64,000 nucleotides of DNA from positions 6,076,001 to 6,140,000 of the forward strand of contig MU055785.1 of the NCBI GenBank assembly GCA_013239625.1, given 5' to 3'. The stretch comes from Lama guanicoe. Lineage: Eukaryota. Below the pieces are notes generated by a model. That model searched no databases. It worked only from the letters and a program-made list of their open reading frames with translations, and had not been told where the DNA came from. Shown here piece after piece: positions 39,299-51,620 of this stretch (position 1 is its first letter; each line of letters opens with the position of its first letter). The position numbers and the translations under genes were made by a program.

Positions 39299-41214
39299 AA
39301 TGAGCTGAATGTTTGAAGTCCAGCTGGGAAAAAGCTAGAACTCTGGGATTTGGATGTGGTATTCAGATCCTAATAATAAGATACAGTTACCGTGTATTGA
39401 GCATTTGTTGTACACCAGGCCCAGTGCTGGGTGATATCATTACCTAATAATATTTAAATCTCACAATTACTTGGTTCAGTAGGTACTGATGTTACCCACC
39501 CCCACCCGCACCCCCATTTCACATCAGTGGAGCTAGAGCGTATTTCTTAAGGTCATTTGTTGACAGTCACATAGCCGGTATGTGGCAGAGCCAAGTCTGG
39601 AATGTGTCTGTCTGTCTTGGGCAGGGGAGATGCTGAAATCACAAGACTTACTCCCACCCTCCTACTTGTCATTTTTTTCTGAGCCTGTTTCTTAGAGCTG
39701 TAGCTCCATCCAGTGGTTCATGTTAATATTATGCTTGCATCATGCTCTCCAGCAAAATTAAAACTTCTGCCAAAAGGGAAGAAGGCGAGCATTAACAACT
39801 GAGTACTTATTCAAACAAGGGAAGATCTTTCACTGCTGAAATAGATTGGGGATTAGCGGGAGGCAATATATCACCTCCCAGCTCCCAAGCTCAAAGAAGA
39901 GCCTCAGGGAGAAATATTTTTGCTGTGAGCCTTTTCATCAGAATCGTAATTGGGCCCCTACTGTATGCCAAGCCTGTACCAGCTGACCCCCTGTCCCGCT
40001 GCTCTGACCGAGCCACCTGAGTGGTTATCATGAGAGGTTTTAAAACCACACGTGCCCCAGACAAGTTTTTCTCTGCAAAGGAACAGATAGTAAATATCTG
40101 TTGCATATTCTTCTTATGTATATACTCCTTTAAAAATGTAAAAAACCTTCTGGGGATTGGAGGTCATACAAAAACAGACTGCCGGAGGACCAATCTGGGC
40201 CATGGACCATAGTGGAACAGAGGAATGGATGTGTAGGGTAATCCAGTAAAAGTCACCCCCTTGAACTTTGTTGGAACTGGTGAGAACAAGGAGCTTTTCC
40301 TCTGGAATTGTTGACAATAAGGATAAAATAAGTGTATAGCTTCTGAGAGCCACCGCACAGAAACATTGCCAACAAAGAGAGGAAACTGAAGCTGAGAAAT
40401 TCAGGAAGAGAGACACCGAACCTTGGTGACACCGTGGGAGCACTCAGATCTAGACAGACCTTCGAATGGTTAGTTAGGGGGCTAAAACCTGCTTAAGCCA
40501 GATCCAGTGTGGTCTCCTTCCCTTGCAACAAAAGGAATCCTAATGAATGCAGCAGGAGTGAGAAAAGGGATTCGTGCACGAGCATGGCCAAATTCTAGAC
40601 ACCCCTGGGGATGGGCCCCGCCTCTCCCAGGGCTGGTGGGCCGGCAGTGGGAGGGACTGTCCTCAGACATACCCTGCGTGTAAAGCTAAGGGAAAACCCG
40701 GAGTTAAAACCTACAACATCAGTCAAGAGAAAAAGGAAAGACTAAGAACGCAGGTGTTTTATCCCTCAGCGTTGCAGCAGGTGTGAAAGTGCCAGTTTAG
40801 TTTTAAAAGAGCATAAAATACATGTAAGGTTTTTATCAGAGCCCACACTGGAGTATGTACCCCTGTGAAAAGAGGTGCTGGGTAAGTGAATCTCCCAGCT
40901 CCGTGGTCTCCAAAGTCGGGGGGCTCGGCGGGGGTGGAAGGGGTGGCAGGACCCAAGATGATCCATTAGGGGAGAAGCCAATGTTGGAACTTTTGGTTAT
41001 CTTAACGCGAGTGTATTTTAAGCATTTCTAGTAATTTAGATGTGGCTTGACCCTGGAACCTTCACTCAGACTATACTGAGAATGGCCCTACGTGTCTGGT
41101 ACCCGTCAAGCCAGGAAACCCAGGAGGAGAGGAGTTTCACAGCATGAAGTGGTTAATAATGGCATCATCGTCTTCTCATCCCCAGTCTTTCTTCCAAAAC
41201 ACTGTAACACCACT

Positions 41215-41388
41215 TCTTTTTTTCTCCTATTTTTATTTTATTTTTTACATTTTGTTGGGGGGGTGGGTAAATAGGTTTGTTTATTTATTTGTTTGTTTGT
41301 TTGTTTGTTTAATGGAGGTACTGATTGAACCCAGGACCTTGGGTATGCCGGGCATGCACTTTAACACTGAGCTATATTATACGCTCCC
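41215..41388 (-). mobile_element. Camelid tRNA-derived SINE
   Basis: aatggaggtactgattgaacccaggacc...cactgagctata preceded by a T-rich tail. Confidence 0.8.
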
Positions 41389-41404
41389 TCTTATTTGTAA
41401 TTGC

Positions 41405-41790
41405 TTTTAATTAAGATATAATTGACCTATAATGTTGTGTTCACGTTAGGTGTACAACATAACGATTTAACGTATGTATATATTATGAAAGGATTTTCAC
41501 AGTTAAGTCTAGCTATCATCCATCATTACCTCTTTTTTTAAAATCACCTCATTTTTTAATGTGATAAGAACTTTAAGATCTCCTCTCTTAGCAACCTGCA
41601 AATATATGCAGTAGTATTATTAACTGTAGTCGCCATGCTGTACACTCACATCCCAGAGACTTGTTTATCTTATAACTGGAAGTTCGTACCTTTTGACCAC
41701 CTTCACCCAATTCCTTCACCCCGCGCCCCGCCGCCCCGCCTCAGGTAGCCACCGATCTGTTCTCTGTGTTTGCAAGTTAGGTTTTTTCCA
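41405..41790 (-). mobile_element. L1 3' fragment
   Basis: tctcttagcaac...tattattaactgtagtcgccatgctgtaca...tataactggaagt; related copy on + at 56320-56838. Confidence 0.78.
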
Positions 41791-44700
41791 ATGCCTCTTC
41801 TTTAAATCCCCTGCCTTGCTGATCCTAGAATACCGGAGTGTGCCTATCAGTTCAGCGTTGCTCTCTCTGTCCCCCAGTGATGCTCTCGGGTAGTGGAGGA
41901 TTTGCTACCTGAACTTGCACTAAACGGCTCCAGGCAGCTGTTTCTCTAACTGACCCTTCCCCTCTCTCCTCCTTGGCTCTCTGGCATCTCTCCCAGCAAA
42001 AAAAAAGTGAGCTTGCCAAGAGAAATAATGGATTACACGTGTTCAATTAGGAAGCCTAACTTTACGTGGAGTTGGTTTTAATACCTAAGTCCCAGTTTAG
42101 TGGTCACATTTCCAATGGCTGACAATACGAGGAAGTCAGATGGCCAAGACCCTGAGTTAAAGAGCATGAAACAATACTCTGCATTGTCTTTCAGTTACTC
42201 CCACAAGCTGGCTCTCCCTAGCACATTGTAATTATCTCTCTCCGCTGTGATAACAAAGAGGGTTAACGCTTCAGGGGATCAAAGAAGCAGATAATCCACC
42301 CCAAGTGATTTTTACTTGGGGTGACACAAAAGCACCGTCACCCAGCTTTGCTGAAACAGCAGCAGGATCTCACTTGTAAGCAGTTCCCAACTCGGGGAGG
42401 GAGGGGACAAAAACGTACTTTGCAAAACGATCAATTTGATGCTCTTTCCTCTTTATACCAGAACTCATGAGAGGATTCCACTATACACCAGCAACATTAG
42501 GGGATTTAAAATGTGCTCTCACTTACAGACATTTTATTTATACTCTGTTTTCATGAACCATCGATTACATGAAGCAGATTCACTTTCCTTCTCATCTCTT
42601 CTTCAAGCGAATGTCATTTCACATTTCCAGAAAACTGATCAATGAAAAGTGGGTTAGCCGAGGAAGGCTAGCCGGGAAGTGGGCAGACAGCAACAGAGTT
42701 AATCCTTTTCTCTCCTTTGACTTTGAACATTTACTCCAAAAAAAAAAAAAAAAAGAAATGTAGACTAGCTTATTAATATTTTTTAATGTTGATGACATGT
42801 CAAAAGGATAATATCTCAGGTATATCAGGAAAATACTGTGTTAAGATTCATTTCACTTATATTTCTTTTTACTTTTTTAGTGTGACCCATAGAAAACTTA
42901 AAATTACATATGTGGAATGCATTGTGATCATCTGGGACAGAGCTGAATTAGAGGGCTGGAGACTGAAGGGGAGAAGACCAAAGAGTAGACTTTGGAAACA
43001 AATGCTCAGGAGCGATCACAAGAGGATGGGACATCCCTGTGCAGTGGGATGGGGACAGAGAAGAAAGGGGGAGAAACTCAGGCTTCTGTTGTGGAATATA
43101 GTGCAGTGTCGTAGTTGTATTGTTGTAGGATTAACAGTGTGGACTCTGGGACCAGATAACCTGGTTCCAGACCTGGCTCTGACATTTATCAGCTGTGTGA
43201 CCTTGGGCAAGTCACTTAACCTGTCTGTTTTGCCTCAGCTTCCTCAGTACACAACGTGGTTAGTAACAGCACCTGCTTCATAGACTTGCCGTGAGGATTA
43301 AATGAGTTGCTTCTCTAATTCTCACCCTTGACTGCACATTTGAATCGCCAGGGGAGTTTTTAAAACTTTTGATGCCCAGAGATTCTAATTTCATTGGTGC
43401 AAGATGTGGCCTGCACATCAGGACGTTAAAAAAATTACCCGGCTGATTCTAACGTGGAGGAGAGTCTGTGAACCATTGAGCTAGTATACATAAAGTGCTT
43501 AAAACACTGGCACAAGGTAACTGTGATGTAAGTGTTCACTGTTATCATACTTTTAATGTCTTAAATAACTCATAATATTAAAATAACAGTGGAGAGCCTA
43601 CTGTGTGCCACTGAAGGTCACTGCAGGAGCAGGGCATCTTGAAAACTAATTCACAGAGCTCACAGGGAGCGTTTCCACACATCCTCCCTGGAGAGTACAG
43701 GTGTGCCGATTGAAGGCCCAAGGTCGGGTCTGGCGGCTCGTTCAGCAGTTCCAACTTTTCGAAGCCTCTGTTGGTGAAATAATACAGCCTGTTTCCCAAA
43801 ACACTTAACTCCAACAACAAGGTTTTAGTGTTTGGCAACAAAGAAGCAGAAGGCAATTAAGCCTTGGAGCTGTGCGCTGTCTAGCAGCTGGAGCCAAACG
43901 GAAATGGAGTGAGGTGAGGCTCCGGCTGGAGTATGGGATGAACCCCTCTGTGTCTGAGGGCCCCACAGGAGCAGACACTTCAGTGAGAACTGGCTGAAAA
44001 TGGCGAGGGATCTTCAGAACTCTGGTTGTCATCAGAGAAGGAGGCATGGCTGGGCCAATAAGGACAGAGCTCAGAGAGGCACTAAAGTCATAAAGAATGG
44101 CCCTTCTCTCTTGGACAGAGCTGAAAGCAGAATCAAAACTGTCTCTTTTCTTATTCAACAGACCTATCGTGAGCACCCACACTGTCTCCAGGCACCATGG
44201 GTGCTGATTTAAATAATAATCATTGGTAACAATTATTGGTCACTTATCACATGCCAGGTGCTATCGTAAATGCTTTATATGCATCATCTTTTTTTTAATA
44301 TTCATAACAATTCTGTGAAGAAGGGGTTATCATCATCACTTTTAATGAGAAAACTGAGGCTCAGAGAGGTGCAGCAAGTTTGTTGCAAGGCACAGAATCC
44401 CAGCTCAGACTCCTTTAGACAAGAGAGAAATTTGTTGCCTCAAGGAATCCAATGGAGGATTGAAACAGCAAGCTATGGGATGGACAGAGATGCATCTGGA
44501 TTTTTGACGTGATTGGTGCCAGGGGCTCTTTCTCTCCATCTCCCCTTTTCTTCCGTCTGTGCCTTAGCCGTAACCTACCCTGCTGTGTGACATCCTCGTA
44601 CCCAGATGGCACCATGGCTGCTGGCCTCCCCCAGGCTCTCCTCCTCTGTTTTCTTAAATTCCAGGGAAAAGCTCTAATTGGCCCATTTTGGGTCAGGTGT

Positions 44701-45445
44701 CAACCTTGGACCAATCAACAGTGACCAAGAGGTGAAATCACATAAGAACATGGCCACTCACTCAAATCACTGGAATCGAAGGAAGGGAAAAGGAAAAGAA
44801 TTTCCCCAAAGATGGGCGATAGATGTTCCCAGAAGAAAGGGAAAATGACCTATCGTAATTGACTATTTCCAAGAATGGAAGCCAACAAGGTTTTAAATAG
44901 GCTCCTTTTTTTAAGGAGCAAAGTGACTCCTTAAAGTTACACCACTCTGAAATTCCTTTGAGGATTTGAGGTTCAAATGACCTAGGACATTTCAATTCAG
45001 TTTAACATTAATTGAACTTTTACCATGTACTGGCATTAAGTTCCAAGCTGGTATGTAATAGTATGGGCTAAATAAATATGTGTTGAATGAATAATGCAAA
45101 GAGGTATAGGGTAATGTCCCTCCCTCTGATCACCAAAGAACTTACAGCCTAATAGGGGCTTAAGGAAAGGAAAGAGCCCAAGAGAAACATATAGAGTACT
45201 CTGACAGCCCAAACAAATTAAAGATCACATTGATTTGAGAACAGACGGAGGGACAATAAGTCATCAAGGAAGGAGGTACCGTTTGAGATGGGCCTTGAGA
45301 ATGGAATGGAATTTCAACAGGCAGAAATACTAGAAAAATGTGCACCAAGTACAAACCTTGTGAGCAAAATTTGCATGGAGGCAGGGATGGCCAAGCCATC
45401 CGGTTTTGTGTGTGTGTGTGTGTGCATGTGCGCGTGCATGTGTGT

Positions 45446-46062
45446 TAAAATGTACATAGTGTAAAATTTGCCATCTTAACCATTTTTTAGGTGTATAATT
45501 CATTGGCATTAGTTATAGTCACACTGTTGTGCAACTGTCACCCCTATGAAAACTTTTCATCACTCCAAACAGAAACTCTGTACCCATTAGACAACAACTC
45601 CTCATTCCCTGGAACATGGTAACCTCTAATCCACTTTCTGTCTCTATAAATTTGCCTATTCTATATATTCCATATAAGTGGAATTATATGTTTATCCTTT
45701 TGCATCTGGCTTATATACTTAACACAATGTTTGCACAATTCATCCGTGTGGTAGCAATGGACCAGAACTTCATTCTTTTGTATGGCTGAATAATATTCCA
45801 TCATATGGATATATCACATTTTGTTTATTCATCTCAACGCACATTTGGGTCGTAGCCACCTTTTAGCTATTGTGAATAATGTTACAATGAACACTGACAT
45901 ACAAGTATCTGTTCAAGTCCCTGTTTTCTATTCTTTTGATTATGTACCTAGAAAAGGAATTGGTGGGAACCATAGTAATTCTAAGTTTAGCTTTTTGACA
46001 AACTGCCAAAATGTTTTCCACAAAGACTTCAGCATTATATATTATCACCAACAATGTACACG
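45446..46062 (-). mobile_element. L1M (L1MB-like) 3' fragment
   Basis: gccatcttaaccatttttt...tatggctgaataatattccat...ttagctattgtgaataat. Confidence 0.8.
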
Positions 46063-46821
46063 TGTTCTCTATGCTGTTTTATCTTTTTCATTGCCCTTAT
46101 CCCTTTTTGAAACTATCTTATCCATTTATTCATCTGTTTATGAATTCCAGCAAGGAGGGAATGCCTCATTCTTTATCTATTCCCAGAACCTAAAATCTAG
46201 CCATAGGAGAATCTCCACTGTTACTGTTTGGCAAAATTACTCAGTGATGAGATTCAACTTTTTTTTTCTTACCTATATATATATATATTTTTTAATGTAT
46301 ACAATGAATTTCAGTTTTGCCATAAGAAAAAAATAGCAAAGAAGAGAGACATAAACAGGCATCATTCTACCTCCAGCAACATCACTGGTACTTTGATCCT
46401 GGCCGTCGTCCCCAGAAGGACCTCACAGGCAGAGGCTCATGCCAGGCACCACTAGCACAACATCAAAGTGCTTTGCTCCGCCTGTGAACCCACCCGATGC
46501 CTCTCATCTTCCTCCAGCTTCCTGGGTATCCATTTTGTCCATCTGCGCCCCCTCAGGGGACGTTATTAACACCATCACACCCCCCAGAGTCTCATGAGCC
46601 CAGAATAACCTGCCACCAGTGGGGCATACGCTCGGGAGAATGTTTCCAGGAAGAGGAGGTCACCAGCTCATACCCGTTTGTCCTGTCCTCACCCCCTCAC
46701 CTCCTTTGCCCCCAATCCTGAAGACTACAGAGATCATGATTAAATAACAGAGCTGCTAATGCTGGAGAAGGAACCCAGGCTGTGGGCATGGAAAAGTAAG
46801 GATGAAGGCAAGTAGCCCACT

Positions 46822-47523
46822 TGTTATGGATCCTCTCGAGTTGGGCCCCAACAAGGGTCCTCCTGCCCAGCGTTGTTCAAGCCAATAGAACCAGACTGAG
46901 TTCAGCTTAGAAGCAAAGCTTTATTCTTTGAGAGGATGGAGAGGTCCAACCTTGCACTTTGGAGTACAGCCCGACCGCTGAGCTGCTTTATAGGGTGCTG
47001 GTTAGCAGAGGAGGGCGGAGTTCTCGCTGGTCCCACGCATACGCTGCTCCCCGCGCCAGCCCGCGGTGCCGGGGGCGGGGCCTCTGCGCACGGCCCGCCG
47101 TCGCCATCTTGGATTGAGGTGCGCGCGCAGCGCCTCTGCCCACGGCCCCGTGGGGCTGAAGCATTGCGCACGGATCTTTCGCACTAAGAAGTCCCGTCTG
47201 AAGAGCCGGGAGCAAGGCCTCTCTGCATGCGGGCCCCTGTGGGCTAATGAAACTCGACTGAGCACAAAGGGAAAAAAGGTTAGATTTTATTTTGTTACCC
47301 AGGTTCTGTGTTGTACTTCCGGGGAATTGTTTATGGGCTTTGCTGGCAACAAACCCTTCCTCTGCCCTTTGTACGGCTCCTCATTCCCTGGTGGCGCCGA
47401 GGGGCGCATGTCTGTGTTCTGCTGAGCGTGGGGTCGCCCTAACCCCTGGCAGAGGAGCGGAAGTCCTGCCCGGCTTCCTATAGATCTGTTCGATTGCCCC
47501 CAGGTTTCAGCCCTAACTGTTCA
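46822..47523 (-). mobile_element. Complete 3' LTR of the provirus (about 700 bp, TG...CA)
   Basis: Minus strand begins TGAACAG and ends CCATAACA. TATAAA at 46992-46987, AATAAA at 46925-46920, GC-rich U3. Confidence 0.88.
46981..47240 (-). promoter_or_regulatory. CpG-island-like promoter core in LTR U3 (TATA, GC box, YY1, NRF1-like motifs)
   Basis: About 27 CpG in 260 bp (manual count). GGGGCGGGGC 47072-47081, CGCCATCTTG 47102-47111, TGCGCGCGCA 47120-47129. Activity not shown. Confidence 0.55.
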
Positions 47524-47639
47524 CACCCCCAAGGGACCACCATTTGGCGTTCTCGAAATTCTAACCTTTTGGAGGCAGAGGACACCAGACGATTGAGAAT
47601 GCATGACCCTGATATTAGCAAGAGAATAATGGCCACATG

Positions 47640-48620
47640 TCACGTGGGTGGTTAGCCTCACAAATGGAGTCTGTTGCACTGAGGAGTGGGCTGGTCTCGT
47701 GGGCTGCTTTTTCAGGGTTTTAGGTGCACCTAGTCTCCGGCTGGAATAGGTGGAGGGCCAGGTGGGTGCAGGCAGCACTTGGTCACCGTATTCTGTGAGA
47801 GTTTTTGTGGTTTCTCCTGCCTGGCGGGCAGACTTGGGTTGTTTCATTTCAAGGAGCCTCAGTGTCCCTTCTCTTGGGCTTGGGGAGTTGGTCTACCCGA
47901 CATGAGTTCAAACGCGCTTAACTTTATTCCTTGGCGCTAACCACATACAGAGCAGGGCAATCAGAAGCAGCTTAATCCAGTTTTCTTGAGTTTCCTGATA
48001 CAGCTTGACTAAGGCTGGTTTGAAGGTCTGATTAGGGGAGGTCTGATTCGGGGGGGGGCTCTCTACTTTCCCCAGGGTTTGGGGTCTCCAGGCTGAGTGC
48101 AAGGTCCATTTTATGCCCAGGGCACTCTTTATCCTCCCCTTTGTCACTTGAGACACAAATACTGGACTGTTACAGCTTTGTAGGGGTCCTGGGACTACAG
48201 CCTGGGGCTTACTTCTTTTAGTAGTGCCTTAGCCACTTCAGCTGCTCTTTGAGTTCTAGCGGGGAATGCTTCTATCCGCCCAGAAAACGTGTCTACTAGC
48301 ACCAGGAGGTACCTGAAAGTGCCCAATACTCTCAGCACGACAGTGAAGTCAGTCTGCCAGTCTTCCCCAGGAATGTCTCTCTGGTCTGAATGGGCCTTAT
48401 CTGGGGGCCTCTGGGGGTCTGGGGTTGGGGTTGTTCATTGCGAAGGTGGGGTATGTCTCTACTATCCGACTGATTAAACTTTTCATGCCAGAAGTTACCA
48501 TGACCTCAACTAGGCAATTATATAGGGCTTCCCTCCCATAGTGAGTTCCTTGAGGAGCCTCCCTGATGGCTTGACAAGCTGCAGCTTGGAGAAAGAAGTA
48601 TAGCCCGCCCAGGTGCGCTA
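47640..48620 (-). pseudogene. ERV integrase remnant
   Basis: PGEDWQTDFT...FRYLLVLVDTFSGRIEAFPART, THYGREAL and GIKWTLHSAWRPQTLGKVE; stops and frameshifts present. Confidence 0.9.
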
Positions 48621-48739
48621 ACCAGCCACCCATGACGTCCTAATCTCTATTGAAGCCCCATATTTTAGGCTTTGTCTAAATCTTCCTTTGTGTAGATTGG
48701 GGAATCATTGGATGGATCTCGCCCTCAAGGTATGAGGAG

Positions 48740-50500
48740 TTGTTGCCAAGTTACTGGTTCTAAGGCCACCCTTTTGGCATCTGTATCCACCTTGTTGTTT
48801 CCCTTCATTGCCTCTGCACCCCCTGTTGGTGACCCGACAGTGGATCACTGCCACCTTTTTTGGACTCTGTACTGCCTTAATGGCTTCAGTATGCTTGAGC
48901 CATGGTTTACCTTGGTGTTCTCTGCAGTGAGCATACCTGTCCCCTCCCAAATAGCCCCGTGTGCATGCGGGCTAGCAGACACATACCAGGAACCCTTGTA
49001 AATATTTGAGATCTTCCCTGTTTTGAGTTCTAAGACTTGGGTGAGGGCTATCTTGGCCTTTGGGGGCAGAAGTCCCCGGGGGGTAGGCTTCTTGCCTCTA
49101 TGACTTGGGTCTGGGTGGTCACTGCGTATCCTGCCAGCCTTTTTTCCTCCCTCATGAAACTGCTCCCGTCTGGGAACATTCCTCTTCGGCGTTTGGGAGA
49201 GGCTCACTTCCTGGGTTTGGGCGACTGGAACAGATCATGTCTATGGTTACCATAAAGTCATGCTTGAGGGGCTCCGTCTCTGTGGTCAGCAGGGCGGCAG
49301 GATTTAGCATGTGACGGTCTTTTATGGTAACCACTGGGTTATCTAAAAACATAGCCTGAGCTTGAATCAACCTTCCGGACGATAGCATACTGTTCCCTTA
49401 GAACTTACCCAAATCCTGAGCCTGGTGTCTGTACAGCGGTCGGCCAACCAAACGTTAACGTCTCAGTCTCCTTGAGCAGGATTGTAGCAGCTGCCACTGC
49501 CCAGAGGCAAGGAGGCCTTCCCTTAATGGTTTGATCTAATTGTTTAGAGAAATGGGCGACCACACAAGTAAAGGGGGTCTCAGTTATTGAGCTAATACTC
49601 CAAGGGAGATTCCCTTTCTCTCATGAATGTAAAGGTCGGAGGGTTTAGCTAAAGGTGGGGGTGGCTAAATTGCTTTTTCAACTCTTGACAGGCCCTTTCA
49701 CATTCTGAATTCCATTCAAACGGACCATCATCCTTTCCTTTCAACTTTTTATATAGAGACCTTGCTGTTAGATCATAGCTAGGGTTCCAGATGCGGCAAA
49801 ACCCGGGCATCCCCAGGAACCCCCTAAGCCGTCTTGTAGTTTTGGGAGAGATGCGGCTGCAAATGGCCTCTTCCCTTTCCTGGGTTAGGGTTCTCGGACC
49901 TTTGGTGAGAATGAAGCCTAAATAGGTCACCCTAGTTTGTGACGTTTGGGTGTTTTTCTCGGCCATCTTGCATCCTTTATCAGTCAAGCGGCTCAGAGGC
50001 CTGCTTAGTAGGGCTGGCGATCAGAATCTCGTCTCCATGCTGGAGCTGGTTCCCCTCCTCCAGATACAGATCTTTGAGGTCTTTACCTAAAGTTTCCCCA
50101 AAGATGGTGGAGGAATTTTTAAACTCTTGGTAGGCCTGTTCAACAGTACTGTTGTTTTTGTTTCGTGTTTGGGTCCTGTCACTCAAAAGCAAAAAATCCT
50201 TGTGACTTTGGGGCTAATGGAATACAGAAGACAGCATCTTTTAAGTCTAATACAGAATCGCAGGTCCTGGTGGACAGTGGGGTGGCCAGCAGGGTGTAGG
50301 GATCAGGGACCACTGGATGTATGTCCTTGGTGGCTTCACTGACTGCCCTGAGGGCCTGTTCCATCTGGTATTCCCCACTGGGTTTCTTTACAGGGAGAAT
50401 GGGGTATTAAAGGCTGATCGGCACAGTCTAATAAGGCCATGGGCCATCAGGCCCTGTATCACAGGGACACTGCCCGACAGGGCCTCTCTACTGTTTTCAT
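48740..50500 (-). pseudogene. ERV reverse transcriptase / RNase H remnant
   Basis: IHPVVPDPYTLL...VLDLKDAVFCIPL, FKNSSTIFGETLGKDL, YxDD motif decayed to HGDE, LRGFLGMPGFCRIW, LNPAALL, HAHGAIW; many frameshifts. Confidence 0.92.
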
Positions 50501-50689
50501 TGGGCCATGTATGTCCAGATTTTAGATGGGCTATCCCAGGACACAGCTCATCCCGCCTGTCCCTGGGTCCAGACTTCCAGAGTTACTCGGGAGGTCAGCC
50601 TGCTCTGTCCAGGGAGGTTTGTCCTCAGCTGCTAACTTTATCATCTTGTGCCCTTTCTCTAAGAGGATGCCATTCTCCAGAGTGTCTCC

Positions 50690-50965
50690 TGTTAGGTGGA
50701 TAGTAGATCCCCATTCAAGTAAGCCACCCCTTCCTAGCAGGGGTGTGGGGCGTTCAGGAGCGTGTAGGAAGGAGTGGGTGAGCATGTGTTCATCCTACTC
50801 ACATTCTGATGGCCCCATAAATGCCCGTTCTTGGGCCTTCCCTGATGCCCCCATAATTTCACAATTCTTGTAACCAAGTTTATCTGCTCTGTTGTTCAGA
50901 CCCAAGTAAGTGGCACAGGTGTCAACTGAGAATTTGACAGGCTTTCCCCCTCTATGTCCAGAGTC
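50690..50965 (-). pseudogene. ERV protease remnant
   Basis: VKFSVDTCATY (decayed D-T-G motif) and HSFLHAPERPTPLLGR. Confidence 0.85.
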
Positions 50966-51020
50966 ATTCAGGGCCCCTTGGGAGTCAATTAGTGTGTCAG
51001 CCTAGGGCCCCCCAGCCCCA

Positions 51021-51565
51021 TCATTCTTCATCTGTTTGGACCATCTGCCTTCGAGAGTGGTGGCCGGGATCTGCCGTTCTCTCTTCCAGTGTCCCCCTTG
51101 TTTGCATATGGTGCACTGATTGAGTCCTGGTTTCCTTGGCTTCCTGTCCCTCAGTGGGTTTCGGGGTGACTCACCGGCATCAAGAGTCTCTGTGGGCGGT
51201 TAGCCCAGATTCTCTTGCGGACTGGTTGACACAGAGGACAACAGCCGGTGGGTGGGCTTGCCTATGGACTTTTTTATCCTCAGACTTTTCCTCCTTTACA
51301 TCTCGATTATTAAACACCCGGGAGGCAACCTGGACCAGGTGGGAGGTAGGGATGTCTGGTTCTGTTTCCATTTTCTGACGTTTACGCCTAATGTTGGGGG
51401 CGCTTTGGGAAATGAAATACGACTTCATTTGCATTCTTGCACAATGACTCAGAGCCAGTGGTGGTACAGATTCGGGGGCATTCCCTGAGGCACTCTAGGG
51501 TTCACTGAAGGATTTTCCCTTGACTCCTGATTGATTTCCTTTATCTTATTCCAACTGGGACTGCC
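51021..51565 (-). pseudogene. ERV gag C-terminal remnant (MHR, CA C-terminus, NC zinc knuckle)
   Basis: WNKIKEINQESRENPS (MHR-like), FISQSAPNIRRK...LVQVASRVFNNRD, NQCTICKQGGHWKRE; probable TGA stop at 51023-51021. Confidence 0.85.
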
Positions 51566-51620
51566 CTCGCGCCAGAGCAGCTCAGCCCCGTTAGCCCTGA
51601 CCAGCTTGGTCACGAAAATC

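Noticed and set aside
42297-42343. 10-bp hairpin CACCCCAAGT/ACTTGGGGTG with an overlapping alternative 7-bp stem
   Set aside because: Within chance expectation, too short for a pre-miRNA, and no sign of transcription.
46902-47425. CpG island with GC-rich ORFs suggesting the first exon of a cellular gene such as TMEM233
   Set aside because: It lies within a TG...CA LTR contiguous with integrase sequence, and no recognisable protein is encoded.
47640-51565. Domesticated retroviral gene
   Set aside because: Catalytic motifs are destroyed (YxDD to HGDE, DTG to DTC, zinc knuckle incomplete), with numerous frameshifts and stops.
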